From Tubulanus polymorphus (lineage: Eukaryota > Animalia > Nemertea), in assembly GCF_964204645.1 (NCBI RefSeq), contig NC_134027.1, forward strand, positions 2,636,485 to 2,700,484: a stretch of DNA of 64,000 nt, in the 5' to 3' direction. Made by a program: the position numbers and the translations under genes. Shown here in pieces: positions 19,342 to 35,084 of this stretch; within the stretch, counting starts at the first letter, position 1; every line of letters begins with the position of its first letter. Below the pieces are notes generated by a model. It saw only the letters and a list, made by a program, of their open reading frames with translations. It searched no databases and had not been told where the DNA came from.

Positions 19342-21826
19342 CATGGCTCACCCCGATAACAGTACTGTCATTCATAGTAGCTGATTGTTTTAACAGGAAA
19401 TGGTGCAATACCGCACAACGAGCGCGTCTTTCAAATTGATATAATTCAACTTGTTTTATACAGGTAGACGAATGTCGTAGACGAACTACATGTTGAAATA
19501 GTAATAGCTGAATATAGTTTATATACGAAATGTATTGTTATTGCAATCTTAGTTCTGCTTATATCATTTAATCCTTTATCATGATACATGCAAACTGGAT
19601 AACCTGTACTGCTATTCACGCCTGGTTGTACTTTGAAATGTATAGCTATATAAAGGGAAATGAAGTTTTAACTATAAGTTCGCCATGAGAAATAAGCGTT
19701 AATGCTGTTTGCTGTCGCCCGAGTTTTTTTTTATTGAACCTGGAATATTAGATAAGATACGAAGCACGTTATTCATCGAATCACAAAGATTATCTAGTCT
19801 TTAGATCGTTTACAGGATTATTACAATTGGAAAGACATTTCAACGACAATATACTTATCTATGTTTTTTTTTTTGTATCGAAAAACAAGTTGAAAGTGCG
19901 CCCTATATGAATAAGACCATCTATGTAATGCGAATATTTATTAGAAACGAATGTCAGACCTCACTTTCAAAGACTTGTGTCTGCGCTCACTATACCGCGA
20001 AAAACAGCAAACGTGGTCTCATGTCAAAAAAGAATTCAGAATTTTATCGCTTAAATCGGTAGAAATGAAGTTGAATCGACGAAATATCTTATTTTTTGAG
20101 TATCAAATAAAAATGTTACCGACCAAAAACCTTTTTGGGATATGATAGCATAAAAGAAACAATAGAGGGTGTATGCTTGTGTATGTATACAAATAGACGG
20201 ATGAGGGTATGGCTCACGGTTTTCAGGACTTGAGATAAAAATGAAATTTGGTGTTGTGTCTTCGCTGAAAAATAACCCATCTCAATTCGACAAACTCATA
20301 TTCTAACAATATCAACACATTAAGCGTATCGTTTACAATGCATTGAGAGAATGATCAATGTTGTGGTGCGATCATAATATTATAGTCGATGATAAGACGA
20401 TGATTTGTCAACTCTGTTTACATTTTATTGATCTACGTCCTGTTATGTTAGATTTATGGTTGTCCGGGAGAGGAGGAGAGGAGGATGTTATTTTCTCGAT
20501 TAGGTTTATCTGATTGATTTAAATAATGTATATTACGCTTCGTTGCTATCAATATCCATTAATGAACGAATTAACGAATTGAATGACAAGTCGTGTATGA
20601 ACGAGTCTTTTGAAGTCGATACGAATTTCACTTCACAGTTTGTGAAATCAATTTGGTGGACATTATGCAAGAAAGAAAAGATCGCACTCAGATCTGCCGG
20701 CCGTCTTATCCGTTCGGCCACGCTGAGTAGAATAATTGGATTTGTTTGATTTATGGTGAAATAATATTTGGTTAAAGCCTATGTACGGTAGTTAGCCTGT
20801 ATATACACAAGTCATCGCATTATTTTGTACTGGGATCGTTCCTTATTCAGAATATAACTTTCATTAACGAATCATTACACAACACCTCTAGCAAATCAAA
20901 ACGTGATGAATAGATTTCTTTTAACTTCTCTCTTCGTCGACAAAAGCATCCATATGCTTCATTTATACACAAATACGCACTGGCGTCGGTACCCGGGAAG
21001 GTTCATTGAGCTGTGCAGTGACGCCGTATCGAAAAAATGGATGGATTCCCTCCCTCTCTGTGAGATGTTCCCTCGTTTAATGGTTCATTTTATCGATGTA
21101 TGGGTTTTTATCAGGATGATGATATTGACTCGTCGCTCTCACTGGTCGGATGGCAATTGAATGAAACCAAGGACCGAGGAAAGTGTCTCCGATGAAGCGC
21201 AATTATTCATATAGAAATCTACCACACATATATAAAATTGGTCGTATATAAGTCTATAAAGAAATATTGGATCTTTTTTGTGATATCTTCAAAAGCTTCT
21301 ATTCTCCTTATTCACAAGGCCATCGATTCGGGTGATCGACACTGATATGAAGATGTATATCGAGAAAGAGAAATAGTCAAGAAAATTCTGAAGTTTTTGG
21401 TAACGTCTTATAAGATTCTATCGACGTGGATTATTATTATGAATAATCGTTTCACCAATGACTAGATCGAATTATAGTTTGAGTTGTTCGGGAAAATAGG
21501 AAATGTTTTCGTCAAGAATGAAATTTCCGATTTCGATCGTAGTAGATCTTCTATGCGTGATTACAATTACGAATACATGTATTCTAGAATTGCATCTTTT
21601 CCATGAATTGAACAACAGGGTTTTTGTTTAAGCTAACACTTCATTCTACGAACTTCCTTGACATTCGCGAACAATTTGTATTCGAGAACCGAAAGAACGC
21701 TTGTTAAGTGCGGCAACCTGATATTTGTGCAAATACACGATACGGGTGACGCATCGGTTACTAAACCTTAAGTGAAAGATCAAATAAACGTAAAGACATG
21801 TCCTCGAAAATTACCTGCATAGAACT

Positions 21827-21866
21827 TGTGTGTGTGTGAGTGTGTGTGTGTGTGTGTGCGTGTGTG
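21827..21866. repeat. Imperfect (TG)n microsatellite
   Basis: Directly visible. Confidence 0.9.
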
Positions 21867-22180
21867 ATGTGATTGGTCTGAAATTTTATGTGAATCTTAG
21901 TTCGGTCGGTTGCCAGTATATTTGCGGCTGGAAACCGGAATAAGCATCTATCAAAATCGATTTGAAATAGGCAATTATAACCGGCGACTTGTAGTGATGT
22001 GTAGTTGTCGTAGTAGTAGTAGTTTTGGCGACGCTAATATAACCGAGACCTGCGCGACGCCGCTCGCATGCGGAATCAGCACGCCATAGAAACTACACTT
22101 GACAGCCGCCGTACTCGGTGAGATGATGCCAGTGTACCGGTCTTGATTGCCCGTGGTTCTTACTGTCAACGAGCACACAG

Positions 22181-22250
22181 TCAGTCACACACGATCGCTA
22201 CGAACTACGAGTATGTATGGAATACCAGATATCCATTAACAAAGGTACGT
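22181..22250 (+). promoter_or_regulatory. Candidate TSS and non-coding first exon of paralog B
   Basis: GC-richer upstream patch ~22030-22160, Inr-like TCAGTC at 22181, donor AAG|GTACGT at 22244/22245; same layout as the site at 1512. Confidence 0.3.
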
Positions 22251-22450
22251 AGGAGAAAAGTATTCTGTGTTTTAATCGCTTTGATTCGCGTCAACTTTAT
22301 TCTGGAAATTCTACACAAACATCTCTTGTTTGTATTCAATGATACGATGATTTTATCTTAACAAAACGTACCAATTTTCGATTTTTGTTTTAATAAAAAT
22401 CTGAGCATAACGCGTTAAAAATCGTTTTTAATTTGCATTTAAACAAGCAT

Positions 22451-22853
22451 TATGGCCTCGAGATGTCCCGTTCCAAGTCGACAAGTCGTCATATTTATGT
22501 CGACATACCGTGATATATCGCGTCAAGTCGACATGAATATGTCGACATATCGTGACGTTTTCACGACAAATTTCCCTTTTTCGCCCATTTTCCACGGGAC
22601 AAGCCGTCATTTGAAGACATGTGTAAATGTAAGATGAGGACACCAGTAATATGACGACTGAGTTTCAAGTCGTCATGAATATGTCGACTTGTCGCGAGGA
22701 GAGTCGTCGAGAAAACGAAATATGTCGTGAAAACGTCACGATATATCGACATATTCATGTCGACTTGACGCGATATATCGCGATATGTCGACATAAATAT
22801 GGCGACTTGTCGAGTTGGAACGCGACATCTCGAGGCCCCTTATCGCTTCCGTA
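22451..22853. mobile_element. Palindromic MITE, copy 1 (left terminus degenerate), IS3EU-like
   Basis: Long inverted arms (GGCCTCGAGATGTC...GACATCTCGAGGCC), right end CGCTTCCGTA; highly similar to 33567-33971. Confidence 0.85.
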
Positions 22854-25222
22854 GGTAAGTACAAACCATGGCTGCGGTTTTTAGTACGCTTAATTTGGAA
22901 AATCTATTTCTGCGCAATCTTCGGTCAATCTAAAATAATGCAACCGCCTGTATTCATAAAAAAGGTCATTCGTTACATGTTAGCATAAACCACTCGATAT
23001 CAATGTAGATAGCAATTTGTTTTAAAGGTAGAGCTGCCTGTCACGTTTAATCCAAAACACGCAAAGCGGTTATGATTTAGGCGTTAAAGCTACGTATTTC
23101 TATTCCGAGCGAATGATGGTTAATTGTAGGATCAACTAGAAATGCTTTTACGACCATTTACAAACACCCACGCCAGATTTCGGCTAAATAACAACTGTCA
23201 TCTGATGATCATGCGCTCTTTCGATTATTCACATCGATCACGTCGAAAAAGGACGAATGAAATCTACTTATAAAACTTCCATTTTTCTAATCCTTCTTAA
23301 CGGATATTTCTGCGATCACATCGGGTTTGATCTTTTCGCGTTATTCCCTTTATAAAGACTTTATATCCTCACAGAGAAATGCAAAGGAGGAAATAGTGGT
23401 AATTATTGGCGCTGGTATATTAATTCATTTGACTAATACCCACGCACGCCAACTCTGTGGATACATCAATCGAACATGGATCTCTAAATGCAAAGACGGA
23501 ATGAAATGTTCCTCAGTCTAATCCTCGACCGTAGGCGCTGAAATTCCACATTTTACTTAATTTTTTTCTTCCATTTTATATCGCACCAGGTCATTCCAAT
23601 TAGATAGTTACGAAAACGTCATCCACGACCAAAGGCAGACGGGTCTTTCCAAAAAAACATATGTAACCATGTTAATCTTACAAAACTGTGGTAATAACCG
23701 GGGCTTGATTTTCCTGACAACGTCGGAAAATTACCATCGAAAATCGCGTGCATTGTCGTCATAAGACAGCTTGGTATTTGTAATAAACAATCTGAACTAT
23801 AGAGCTTCGTTAGTAATACGTGGTAAATCAATGGAAATTAGACGAGATTTTTGATCTACGATTCTCGATCTTACTTTCAGTTCAGAGCTAGAAATTTTGT
23901 ACCATTATATATCATTAGGTTCGTTCTTATCACACGAGAAGCGAACCTTCCTCCAGCCCTCGCATAACCTCTTTGTTAAATCGGTTTACCGGTGGCAGCT
24001 ATGATGTTTATGCGACGGCGACTCCGAGTTGCAGGATTTCATCATTACATAAACTACACATCAGATAGATCGTCAAATTTTGCTGGTCGATCAAGAACAA
24101 TTGCGTGATTCTCAGACATACTAGATAAACAAGCACGTTCGATTTACCAAGAAATGGTGGCGATTAAACTTGTCTTTATCCTCCAGAATCAACCAACGGA
24201 TCGCGACCAACCATGGCGCTAACGTAAGAATCTCTCGCCCTCTCGCCCTCTCGCCCCTTCCCCTTCTCCCTCTACGCGCTCGCTGCTACAGTACATGACC
24301 GACAGATACATTTGCATAAAGTCCTTATCCATTGATGTGTCGAGTTAGCATATTATATGCATGTCGTCTATACGATGTTTTCAGGGAAGCGAGCAAACTT
24401 GTGTCACTGTAATCGCTCTCATGTTATCGTGATGTCTAGTTTTTACCACTCCCTCGTCGTACTAATACATATTTCCTCGCGTAATTAAGTTAGCATTTAT
24501 TGACACACGTGACAGGATTGGCCTGAACGACAAGTTGCATCCTTTTTCCGCCGAACCGTTAAAAAGTTAACGGCGTTATGTCGTATGCAGACTTCGTACT
24601 CGAAATGCCAACTTATTGCCATATTTGCTAATTAGCCCCTCTCTACTTGAAGCTGTCAAACAACTGTGAGAATATTCAATTTTTGGAAATGCAACGTAAC
24701 ATGATTTCCGGGCCTTCAGCAGACATTCGTTCCTGTGTTACCTTACAATAATCACGAGTGTTACCTTACAATGATCTCATCGATAACATTTATTATATCG
24801 AAATAGGGAATTGTCCCTCTTACTAATTTGATCGATGAATTCATTTGCGACTGACTGGTTCCGCCTGAAATACACACAATCAAATTTTAGTCTTTTCCCT
24901 ATTGAAACACTCTAGATTTGTTTAGAGTTTCATATAAAGAGCCATATTATACTGAACTCGTTCCAAGACGGTTTCTCTGTATACTGTTGTTAATGATTAT
25001 AAGACCCAATCAGTGTTGAATTCCCTAGGCTCGCATCAACCATCACATTAACTCATAAAACCATCATTAACACCTTGCAGTATATCTGAGCCATTTCTTC
25101 GTCGTTTCTTTGAAAAATATCTCATTCGAATATCTCGGAAATTTTGTATATGGCTTATAGATTCCCCGATAGCCAGATCGAAGATTTCTATCATTTCATT
25201 GCGGCAGTCTTCTGTTTGTTTG

Positions 25223-26772
<1,550 letters not shown>

Positions 26773-27530
26773 CAGGAGATGATTCACTTATATAACAACA
26801 ACACTTCTATTGAAATTCAAGTAAATGAAGTAGGAACATTTTGATGTATCGCCAGATAGGGCAAGGTTTTACTTCACGCACCAGAAAAGATTTTGAAGAC
26901 TGTGATCATTGGCATATCGCCGGAGGTATGAATTTACTTATCAAGCTTCGAAAAAAACTATTAGTTTATACGTATGTTGATTATAATGATTGCGGTGATT
27001 GATGAGAGATAATGATAACTAAAATATCATCACACCTTCCCACTGATGATGCTTGTCTAATTTGGAGTTATTAATTTCGAAATCAGCACTTACATATTTA
27101 CCACTCCTTGTAATAAATGGCCCCAAAAATAAAACTCGTAGGCGATTCGTAAAAGACCGATCGAAACATAACGAAGATAGTCACTCGATGTAAAGATGTT
27201 GCTGAGAAGTTTCATTCCTGCTATTCAACTACATCGATTTAGCTTTTACTGGAAATATCCTGTGAGTAGCTTACTTATTCGATATTAAGGCTTGGCTCCA
27301 GTCAATCGTTCACCGATTCATGTCACTAATGAATGAATTTGTGCTACCACACGAGTCCCATTTGTCGAACTAAAATGCGTAAAATCTTGATCAAGAGAGT
27401 TACAAGATTGTCGATACTATATAGGGGTTAGCTCTCCGGCGTTTTATGTAACCATTACTTTGCTTTTATGATCCACTTGTAAATTGGCGTTTTTTCTAAT
27501 GAATAATCTATGGTCATGTTGCCCAAGTCC

Positions 27531-27564
27531 TGCTGCTGCTGCTGCTGCTGCTGCTGCAGCTGCT
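27531..27564. repeat. (GCT)n trinucleotide repeat
   Basis: Directly visible; no supported exon around it. Confidence 0.9.
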
Positions 27565-27971
27565 TATATTTGTTTGATATATGCATTAGCTATTATAATC
27601 AAGGAGATTTTAGCCGATGAACGAACGCCGTGGACTCGTTTTTGTCGATGCCGTGCATGGAGGCTTTTTAAATGTCATCTATCCGTTTGAAAACTTTAAA
27701 ATGGCATCACAACATCACGTCACCGGGCTTTGTTGACATTTTTCCGACTTTGGAAACTGCAATTAAAAGGATTTAATCAGCCGTTATAATATCCTTGACA
27801 TTAAAACTGCGTCGGTACATTTTTAAATGTCGTATCCGTTCAGACAAGATAACCATGTCTGTTTATCTGATATAATCCTTAAATCATTGTGGAGTTAGTT
27901 TTATACTTCTTGATCGAGTTCTATAGTTATGAATTAGAGATAATTATTCTATATCATTGTTTTAACTCCAG

Positions 27972-28078
27972 GGCCCAGTTTCACAAAGAAGATTAAGGCC
28001 TAAATCGATTTAAGATAAACTGAATTAATGAAGAAATTAAATCGATTTAAGAGTTAAACCTTTTTCTGAAACTGGGCC
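27972..28078. mobile_element. Small MITE, PIF/Harbinger-like
   Basis: TIRs GGCCCAGTTTCA...TGAAACTGGGCC flanked on both sides by CAG (3-bp TSD). Confidence 0.7.
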
Positions 28079-29555
28079 CAGATCTAAACTTACAACCACG
28101 TGGTCCCAGTGAGCATTGTTATCTTTGATCTTAAAATTGGGAACCGTCCCTCTATATAGTTGATTGATTTGATTCGATATTGTGTTAACTTTTAGCGTGT
28201 TCCTTACAAACCTCCCACACTACACTGGGAACGAAACAAGGGGTTTGGTTTTTGAAATCGGAATTGGAGTGTGAACATTGTTGGATGATCAGTCGAATTT
28301 ACATAATTTGCTTTGACGCCATTTTGGGTTCCGGTCGTGTAATAACATACGTGATGATATCTACTTAATTAAAAAAAACATCAAAATAAAATACGCCACG
28401 AAGACAAAACAAAACATGACATTCATAAACGTGACGATTTCTTGCATCGGAAGGTTTAACTCAGATTTACGTACACGTCACTTTCTACCGGCGCACCTTT
28501 AACGCTGTAGCCTATACAGCGTGTGTTTGCTTAGCTTGTGGTATTTTCCATGTAAATCTGAAAGAGCTGCGCGCTTGTCAAAGGAAATTCTCAATCGATT
28601 GCCGGCCAAATAGCCATATTTACGCCTGTAATTCGTTTAGCGAATCCTATAAGTCTTCTTACTGAACTCATCACCGGTGAGTATAAGATGGGCAGTGATT
28701 TCATTAACGTTCTCTGATTGATTTTACATTTGGGTCGTCTGCTGGGCGGCATGGAAATACGATAGCTACGCGTATCCGTAGTATGAACCTAAACTGATCT
28801 CCGTTCACAGATTTATAGTATAATCATCCAAACATAACCCTTGCTGAATAGAATTTCATATATTCATGTGTAATCCAATTGCGCGTAAATTCGATAGCAT
28901 CAGTTTTCTCCGCGTTAGTTCGGCAAAATGAAGGATAAACGAATTCCGTTGATTTTTTTCTCGCTTATTTTTATGAACATGGAAGTCTAGCTTGCCTCTT
29001 GTAAGGAGGGAAGTTACGAAAAAGCCAAGTCCCCGTGTGTAGATATTTCGAAATTCTAAAACTGCGGTAGATTTCTGACGATAAGGCGCGATGAGAGTTA
29101 GATGATATTGTCGTCTCGTCGCATCGCTAAAAATTCATTCACTCACACTGGATAATGATGGAAAATCGTAGTCTAGATATTATTCAGATGCTGATGAATC
29201 ATTTACACACGATGCAGAGTTTCATCCATCGTCTGCTCGCGGCTGCTTTTCGCTACAAGTACAACAACACATCATAGTCGCTCATATCCCGCCGACTTTC
29301 ATCTGTGAGGCTTCAATGGATGTGGATATCATCACAATCAACTTATGTCGATGGAAACTGTTTGAAATTTTTAAAGCTATGAATAGATTATCGGTTGCAA
29401 AATGCCATCGGTTGTGTATTAAACTAACAATATCATGCTCGTTAATGCAACTTATTAAATCTAATATTGCAGGGCATGTTCTATAATAGATGCAAGAGAT
29501 ACTCAATTTCAATTTTTCTTATTTTTCAACAGGTTTATAATCAAGATTAATCGCG

Positions 29556-31947
29556 ATGCTTTCATTGACCCTGCTTATATCTCTTTATACATGTAAGTAT
29601 CCGGTTAAATCTTTGGTCATTTTTCGGATGTTAAGAAGGACGAATAACACTGACCGTATAGTCACGATTAGTATCTAAACCACACGCGGAAAAAAAAACT
29701 TCGTGCGGAAAATTGACGCTACGAGGGTAAAACATACAAAACACGATATTTAAAAAGTATTTATCATTAATGAATAGAACGACTAACGAACGGTTGGTAA
29801 ATCTATTGATAATAGACCCACGGGTAGTTTCCTACGACATGATTTAACGATATATCATTGATTTACTTTACCACGACAGAGAGCGACGTATGACTGAACA
29901 AAACAAACAAGTGCTGCCTAATATTTCTGTTCTTATTTCGTGATTTTAGGATATTCGGAAACCTGTTTTTCGTATATATGTACCAGTTAAGGTCACTTAT
30001 TACGCGAAGGTCAATTTAATGCTGACGGTCGAGAGACTGGTGAACTGTTTACCTAATCATTGAATATCTGACGTTGGTCCAACAACACGCGACACTATCT
30101 GATACGACCTAATACTGCAGCACTTCGGTTTACTCGACAACGAATGAATTGTAAAACATTCCGCGTACGTTACGACATGACGTATAGATTAGCTCATTAA
30201 AACAACTCCCGTATAATAATAAAAACCAAAATTTCAAGAGGATCGTCTCTCAACATTTTTGCCAGCGTCGCTATACTTTATATTGGAATTCTTCTATAAA
30301 TTATCGGATTTATTCCATGCGCACATCAAACACGCTATATCACGATTAAAGTGATCTGGAGACACACGCGTATAACGCCTCACAAGAGTTAGTGCGAAAA
30401 TAACGATACTAAAAACCGCACAGATAAGAATATACGCGAAATGGCTATCAAAATACTGTCAAATCTTTATATATAGATATTTGCCGGCAGCACCAAACGT
30501 TTATATGCGTTATCAAAAAAAAAATCCCGACAAGGACGTCTCTGCTCTACCCAAAGTCAATTTAATCTTAGTTCTACCCGAACCCCAGCTTTGGGGAATA
30601 TGAGAATTCCTGTATCGGGAATTGACCATGGATATCCATCACGACCCGATAGGATATAGGGCGCATAGGGAACATCATGAATAATGGGTAAACAAAAATT
30701 CATGTTTTAACAAACAAGATATATTGAGATGTACTGAAAATGTCACAGTTAGCTCTGAATGCCTGTTTCAGTGCTGGCGTCAGTGGGATCATCATGTCCA
30801 CCAGATATGCTTCTAAACTTGTTTCAATGCATGGAACAGTTACAACCCACGAAGTTAGATGATGGTGTAATCGGTGATTTCGGTGGAGATGCCTCTACTT
30901 TTGAGGATATAGTCCCAGTACTCGGAAATGCAGATCCAGATATTGTAGAGCAACAATGTAGGCAAGTATCTGAAATAGATGCTTGGTGACTAAAACCTCC
31001 GAGTTAATATATGGTGCACCGCGTACAGATCATGTTTATGTAAAACTTATGTGGCTTCTTTTTATTTCTAACGATTTTTTTCTAGAGAAGGAAAATATCA
31101 CGATGCCGTTGAATGTATTGACAGAAATATCCAAGATTGTCACGAATCATCTCTCGGAAAATTTAAAGAAATATTTGACCCGACTGCTTTGAGAGCTTCA
31201 ATTGGTTACTACTGCAATAACACTGCAAGTACGTTAGATAACAAAACATATTCAGCCGAATTACTGTGATCATTTCGAATGGTTTTTAATTGTTTTTCAG
31301 CGTACAGAGCGGCATCACCTTGTATGAAGGAACATCGGTTTGCGATGCAACACTGTGTACGACAGGAAATGCGTGAAATGCAAAGAGCATCGGTAACTAG
31401 AACTACAGATGTAAACGAAGTGTGTAGGTAAGAATATCCCGGTAGCCCCACCCTTTAAATGCGAGCTATCTGAGATCGATTTTTCAGAGCCAACGTATAC
31501 CAAAAATAGATCGAATTCGAATATATTTGTTACAGATTGAAGATGATGGGACAGGAATGTGTTAATAAGATTCTGAAAGCGGAATGCGGCGATGAAATAG
31601 CTGATCTAGTACAGAAAACCGGCGATGCACCACTATCACAAAAGTGTAAAGCCGCCAAAACCGGTGAATCATTCAAAGTCGAATATAACCCGCCACCCGT
31701 CAAACCGAAGAATGAAAAAAATAGAAAAATACGCCACAGGAAAAACAAGCGCACGACACCGGCCACAACACGAATTCAGTCCACTCCGTTTCCCTCTATC
31801 GCGACGCTTGATGATGGTGTTCGAAAGGTTGTACTCGCAGTTAACAACTTACAAATGCCCGACAAAAACAAAGCCACGAAAACGTCCGGGTTTCTCTGTT
31901 ATTTCGGTGCATTCATCGTAACATCTATAGCATCCATTATTTCATAA
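29556..31947 (+). CDS. Secreted/GPI-anchored 12-Cys protein, paralog B (5 coding exons)
   Basis: Exons 29556-29592, 30772-30961, 31086-31228, 31301-31427, 31536-31947: signal peptide MLSLTLLISLYTLLASVGSS, conserved Cys spacing, basic and Thr/Pro-rich stalk, hydrophobic C-terminus (FLCYFGAFIVTSIASIIS). Confidence 0.85.
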
Positions 31948-33566
31948 GTACGAAAAAGTACTTTGATATAAGTTGGACTATTTTTGTTTAAGGTTTTACA
32001 TGTTACATATATTCGTGTTGGATAGATTACACACCTATGTTCATCTCTTACTGCAACAACGTGTGCTTATAAAAACACGCTTTTTTTCAATCGAATTAAT
32101 TTCATCCGCTGATTTTAATCGTTGAAATTCTACAGATTTTTGGACTTGGTCGTTTTAATTCACGAATACGTTTAAACGCATGATATTGCCTGTATTTTCT
32201 GGTCGAATGTTTCTGTTCGTTACGACTTTCCTGAAACGAATGTTAGAATGCCCTCATCTGCCACCTGTTGTTCAATGATTCCTCAATACTTAATTCCTTG
32301 TTTATGTTGTTCGCCATCTTACGTGAAATGGGATACGCCATGGTCTATACAAACATTAAAAAAAAAAACCAGTATCGATAATGTTGATTGATGTCCGTGT
32401 ATGTTTTCGACGTTTATAAGAATGCATAGAATAAACAAATTTCAAGCTTCAACAACACTGTCGAAAATTGTGATTGTTCTACTGAAAAATTAACAATGAA
32501 ATAAATAAAAAGGAGTTTTCCCGAGTAGAATTGTTTTAAAATGGATTTTTCTCTGGATTTATGTAGTAAACTTCTGAGTTTGATTGAAATTTTCACTGTA
32601 GTGACACAGATTTGTCGTTCTCCTGAATAACCTCCTCGATCTGATCGATATTTCACTATCGTGGATAGATTGCCATATGCAACCGTGTAAAGGACAGCCT
32701 TGTGATTTCATATCATGATGATTATTTTTATGATTTCATCTAATGATCTGATGGAAATTGTTGTTGATTTTGGTGATGGGATTAATGTACTGTATTTTTT
32801 ATAATCACAATTAACCACGCGTGATAACAGAATATTCTAAATACGTGCACAAAGTTGCTTCAGATGACGTAATACTGTTTCTATCGACCGCAGATGACAT
32901 TTCACAGTTGATTTCGATGTTAAGTTCAGCATGATTTTCTATTGAGTTTCGCAAAGCGTTATTAATGATAGCGCCATGTATGGGGCACATCAGTAGGCAC
33001 ATATACGATTCATCATATTCTGATGAACATATATTCAAGTGTTTATAGCAAGACTAGTCGAGATATAGATAGAAATGACAAGATAAAAGCGAACACGATG
33101 CGTAAGTTTTAAAGTAACGAGCTTATAAAAGGGTGAATTTTACATAACTAATTAATATTTAAAAATTGTCGCACTAGATTTTAGATACTTGTCGCATACG
33201 CCTGGCTTTTTCTCGGGTTGTCACGATAAACTATTTCGTATTCTTTGATATCATTTCATTCATTCCGTATAAACTGGTTAAAGTAACGTAAAAACATTAA
33301 ACTATGCCTTTGCATTTCTGATGATTTTTAGATTTTGGGTGGTTGTATGTTACTTTATTGTGTAGTACAGCGTGGGCGGCTCCGACAGGTGAATATATTG
33401 CGAGAACCTGCTTACGATAGTTATTCTTCATAAAGATTTTATATCTAATAAATTTATCATATTACTTTATAAAGGATATTTAGGGGTTGAATCATACAAT
33501 AATCCCGAAAAAGAAGATATATTTCGTGATTCACCAGGTATAGGACACGTTCGATCATTCAATTCG

Positions 33567-33971
33567 TACGGAAGCGATAAGGGGCCTCGAGATGTCGCGT
33601 TCCAACTCGACAAGTCGTCATATTTATGTCGACATATCGCGATATATCACGTCACGTCGACATGAATATGTCGATATATCGTGACGTTTTCACGACAAAT
33701 TTCGCTTTTTCGCCCATTTTCCACGGGACAAGAAGTCATCTGAAGACACGTCTAAATGTAAGACGAGGACGCCAGTGATATGACGACTGAGTTTCAAGTC
33801 GTCATGAATATGTCGACTTGTCGCGAGGAAAATGGTCGTGAAAACGAAATATGTCACGATATATCGACATATTCATGTCGACTTGACGCGATATATCGCG
33901 GTATGTCGACATAAATATGGCGACTTGTCGAGTTGGAACGCGACATCTCGAGGCCCCTTATCGCTTCCGTA
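33567..33971. mobile_element. Palindromic MITE, copy 2 (both termini intact), IS3EU-like non-autonomous DNA transposon
   Basis: Termini TACGGAAGCGATAAGGGGCCTCGAG...CTCGAGGCCCCTTATCGCTTCCGTA; 6-bp direct repeat AATTCG at 33561-33566 and 33972-33977. Confidence 0.9.
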
Positions 33972-35084
33972 AATTCGTTATGTATCTATCAGATAATTCA
34001 ATTCAGTAATCGTTCTTTGGTCAGATTCTCCGATTCGAGTTCGCTATTACCAGTTTCATTACTGTCTGGCTCCCGATAACGGTACGTGTGATCTGATAGA
34101 TGGCGTCGTTTTGAGTTGGTTTCGAGCCAATGACGATATATCGTGCACTGCACCGCACATGAAATTCCAATACGACGGGACAACTATTCGTCATACGTGC
34201 AGTAGAAAAATCATCTGTATCGAAGGTCAGTGGAAGAAATGGATATTTGTTTCCATTAGTAGAATAGTCCGTACACTCTGACGTGAAGAGTAGATAATGA
34301 ATATAAAACCTGCAAAATTAAAATCAAATGACACGACGTTTCGAGCCTCGTATCATTTGATTTCAATTTTTGATAATTGAAATCAGCTTTTAACTTTTTA
34401 AACTTTGTATATAGTGGGTTTTATACTTATTCGTTTCAAACATCTACGTCGTGAAAAATCGTTGCATAAATCGAGCTAAAACAAAGACCATCTGTAATTA
34501 CACAGGTAACATTGAAACGTTCGATACTGAACTCGTGATACGGAACGAGTGTAAAAAGACAAGAGCAAGTTTTATCAGGTCGTGTATTAATAATGTCTGT
34601 CGTGAACATTGATTTCTATCGTCAAATATAGTTATAACCAAATTCACTCATAATAATATATATGTGTTTATAGAACGGACGGTGGTCTATTGATGATGGA
34701 GTACCGTGCAGGATTCTGCGTCCACGCCAGAGATCCAGAGGCTTATAAACAACTATCCGTTTTCAAAGGATGCAGCGGCAAAGATGCTGATTTAAACATC
34801 GACTTTAGGAGCATGGTATAGCAAACGATTCGACTGAGTTAAAAAAGAAAAATTTTCAAATGCACTCTAAATAAACGGATGCTGAATCTGAAAATTCATA
34901 TATTTCTGATATTAGTTCTGAATAGAGAGTACATTGATTTACTATGGCAATATATCAAATATCTGAATAAATATATATATAGTGAAAGATGTAGATAGAT
35001 CTAGATATATCTCGATGCAGTATATTTGTCTTAATCAATAACACATTAATGAATAACATATTCGAATGTTTCTGCCGGGTTTAT

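Noticed and set aside
22428-22854. Four overlapping short ORFs
   Set aside because: By-products of the palindromic MITE; no transposase motifs.
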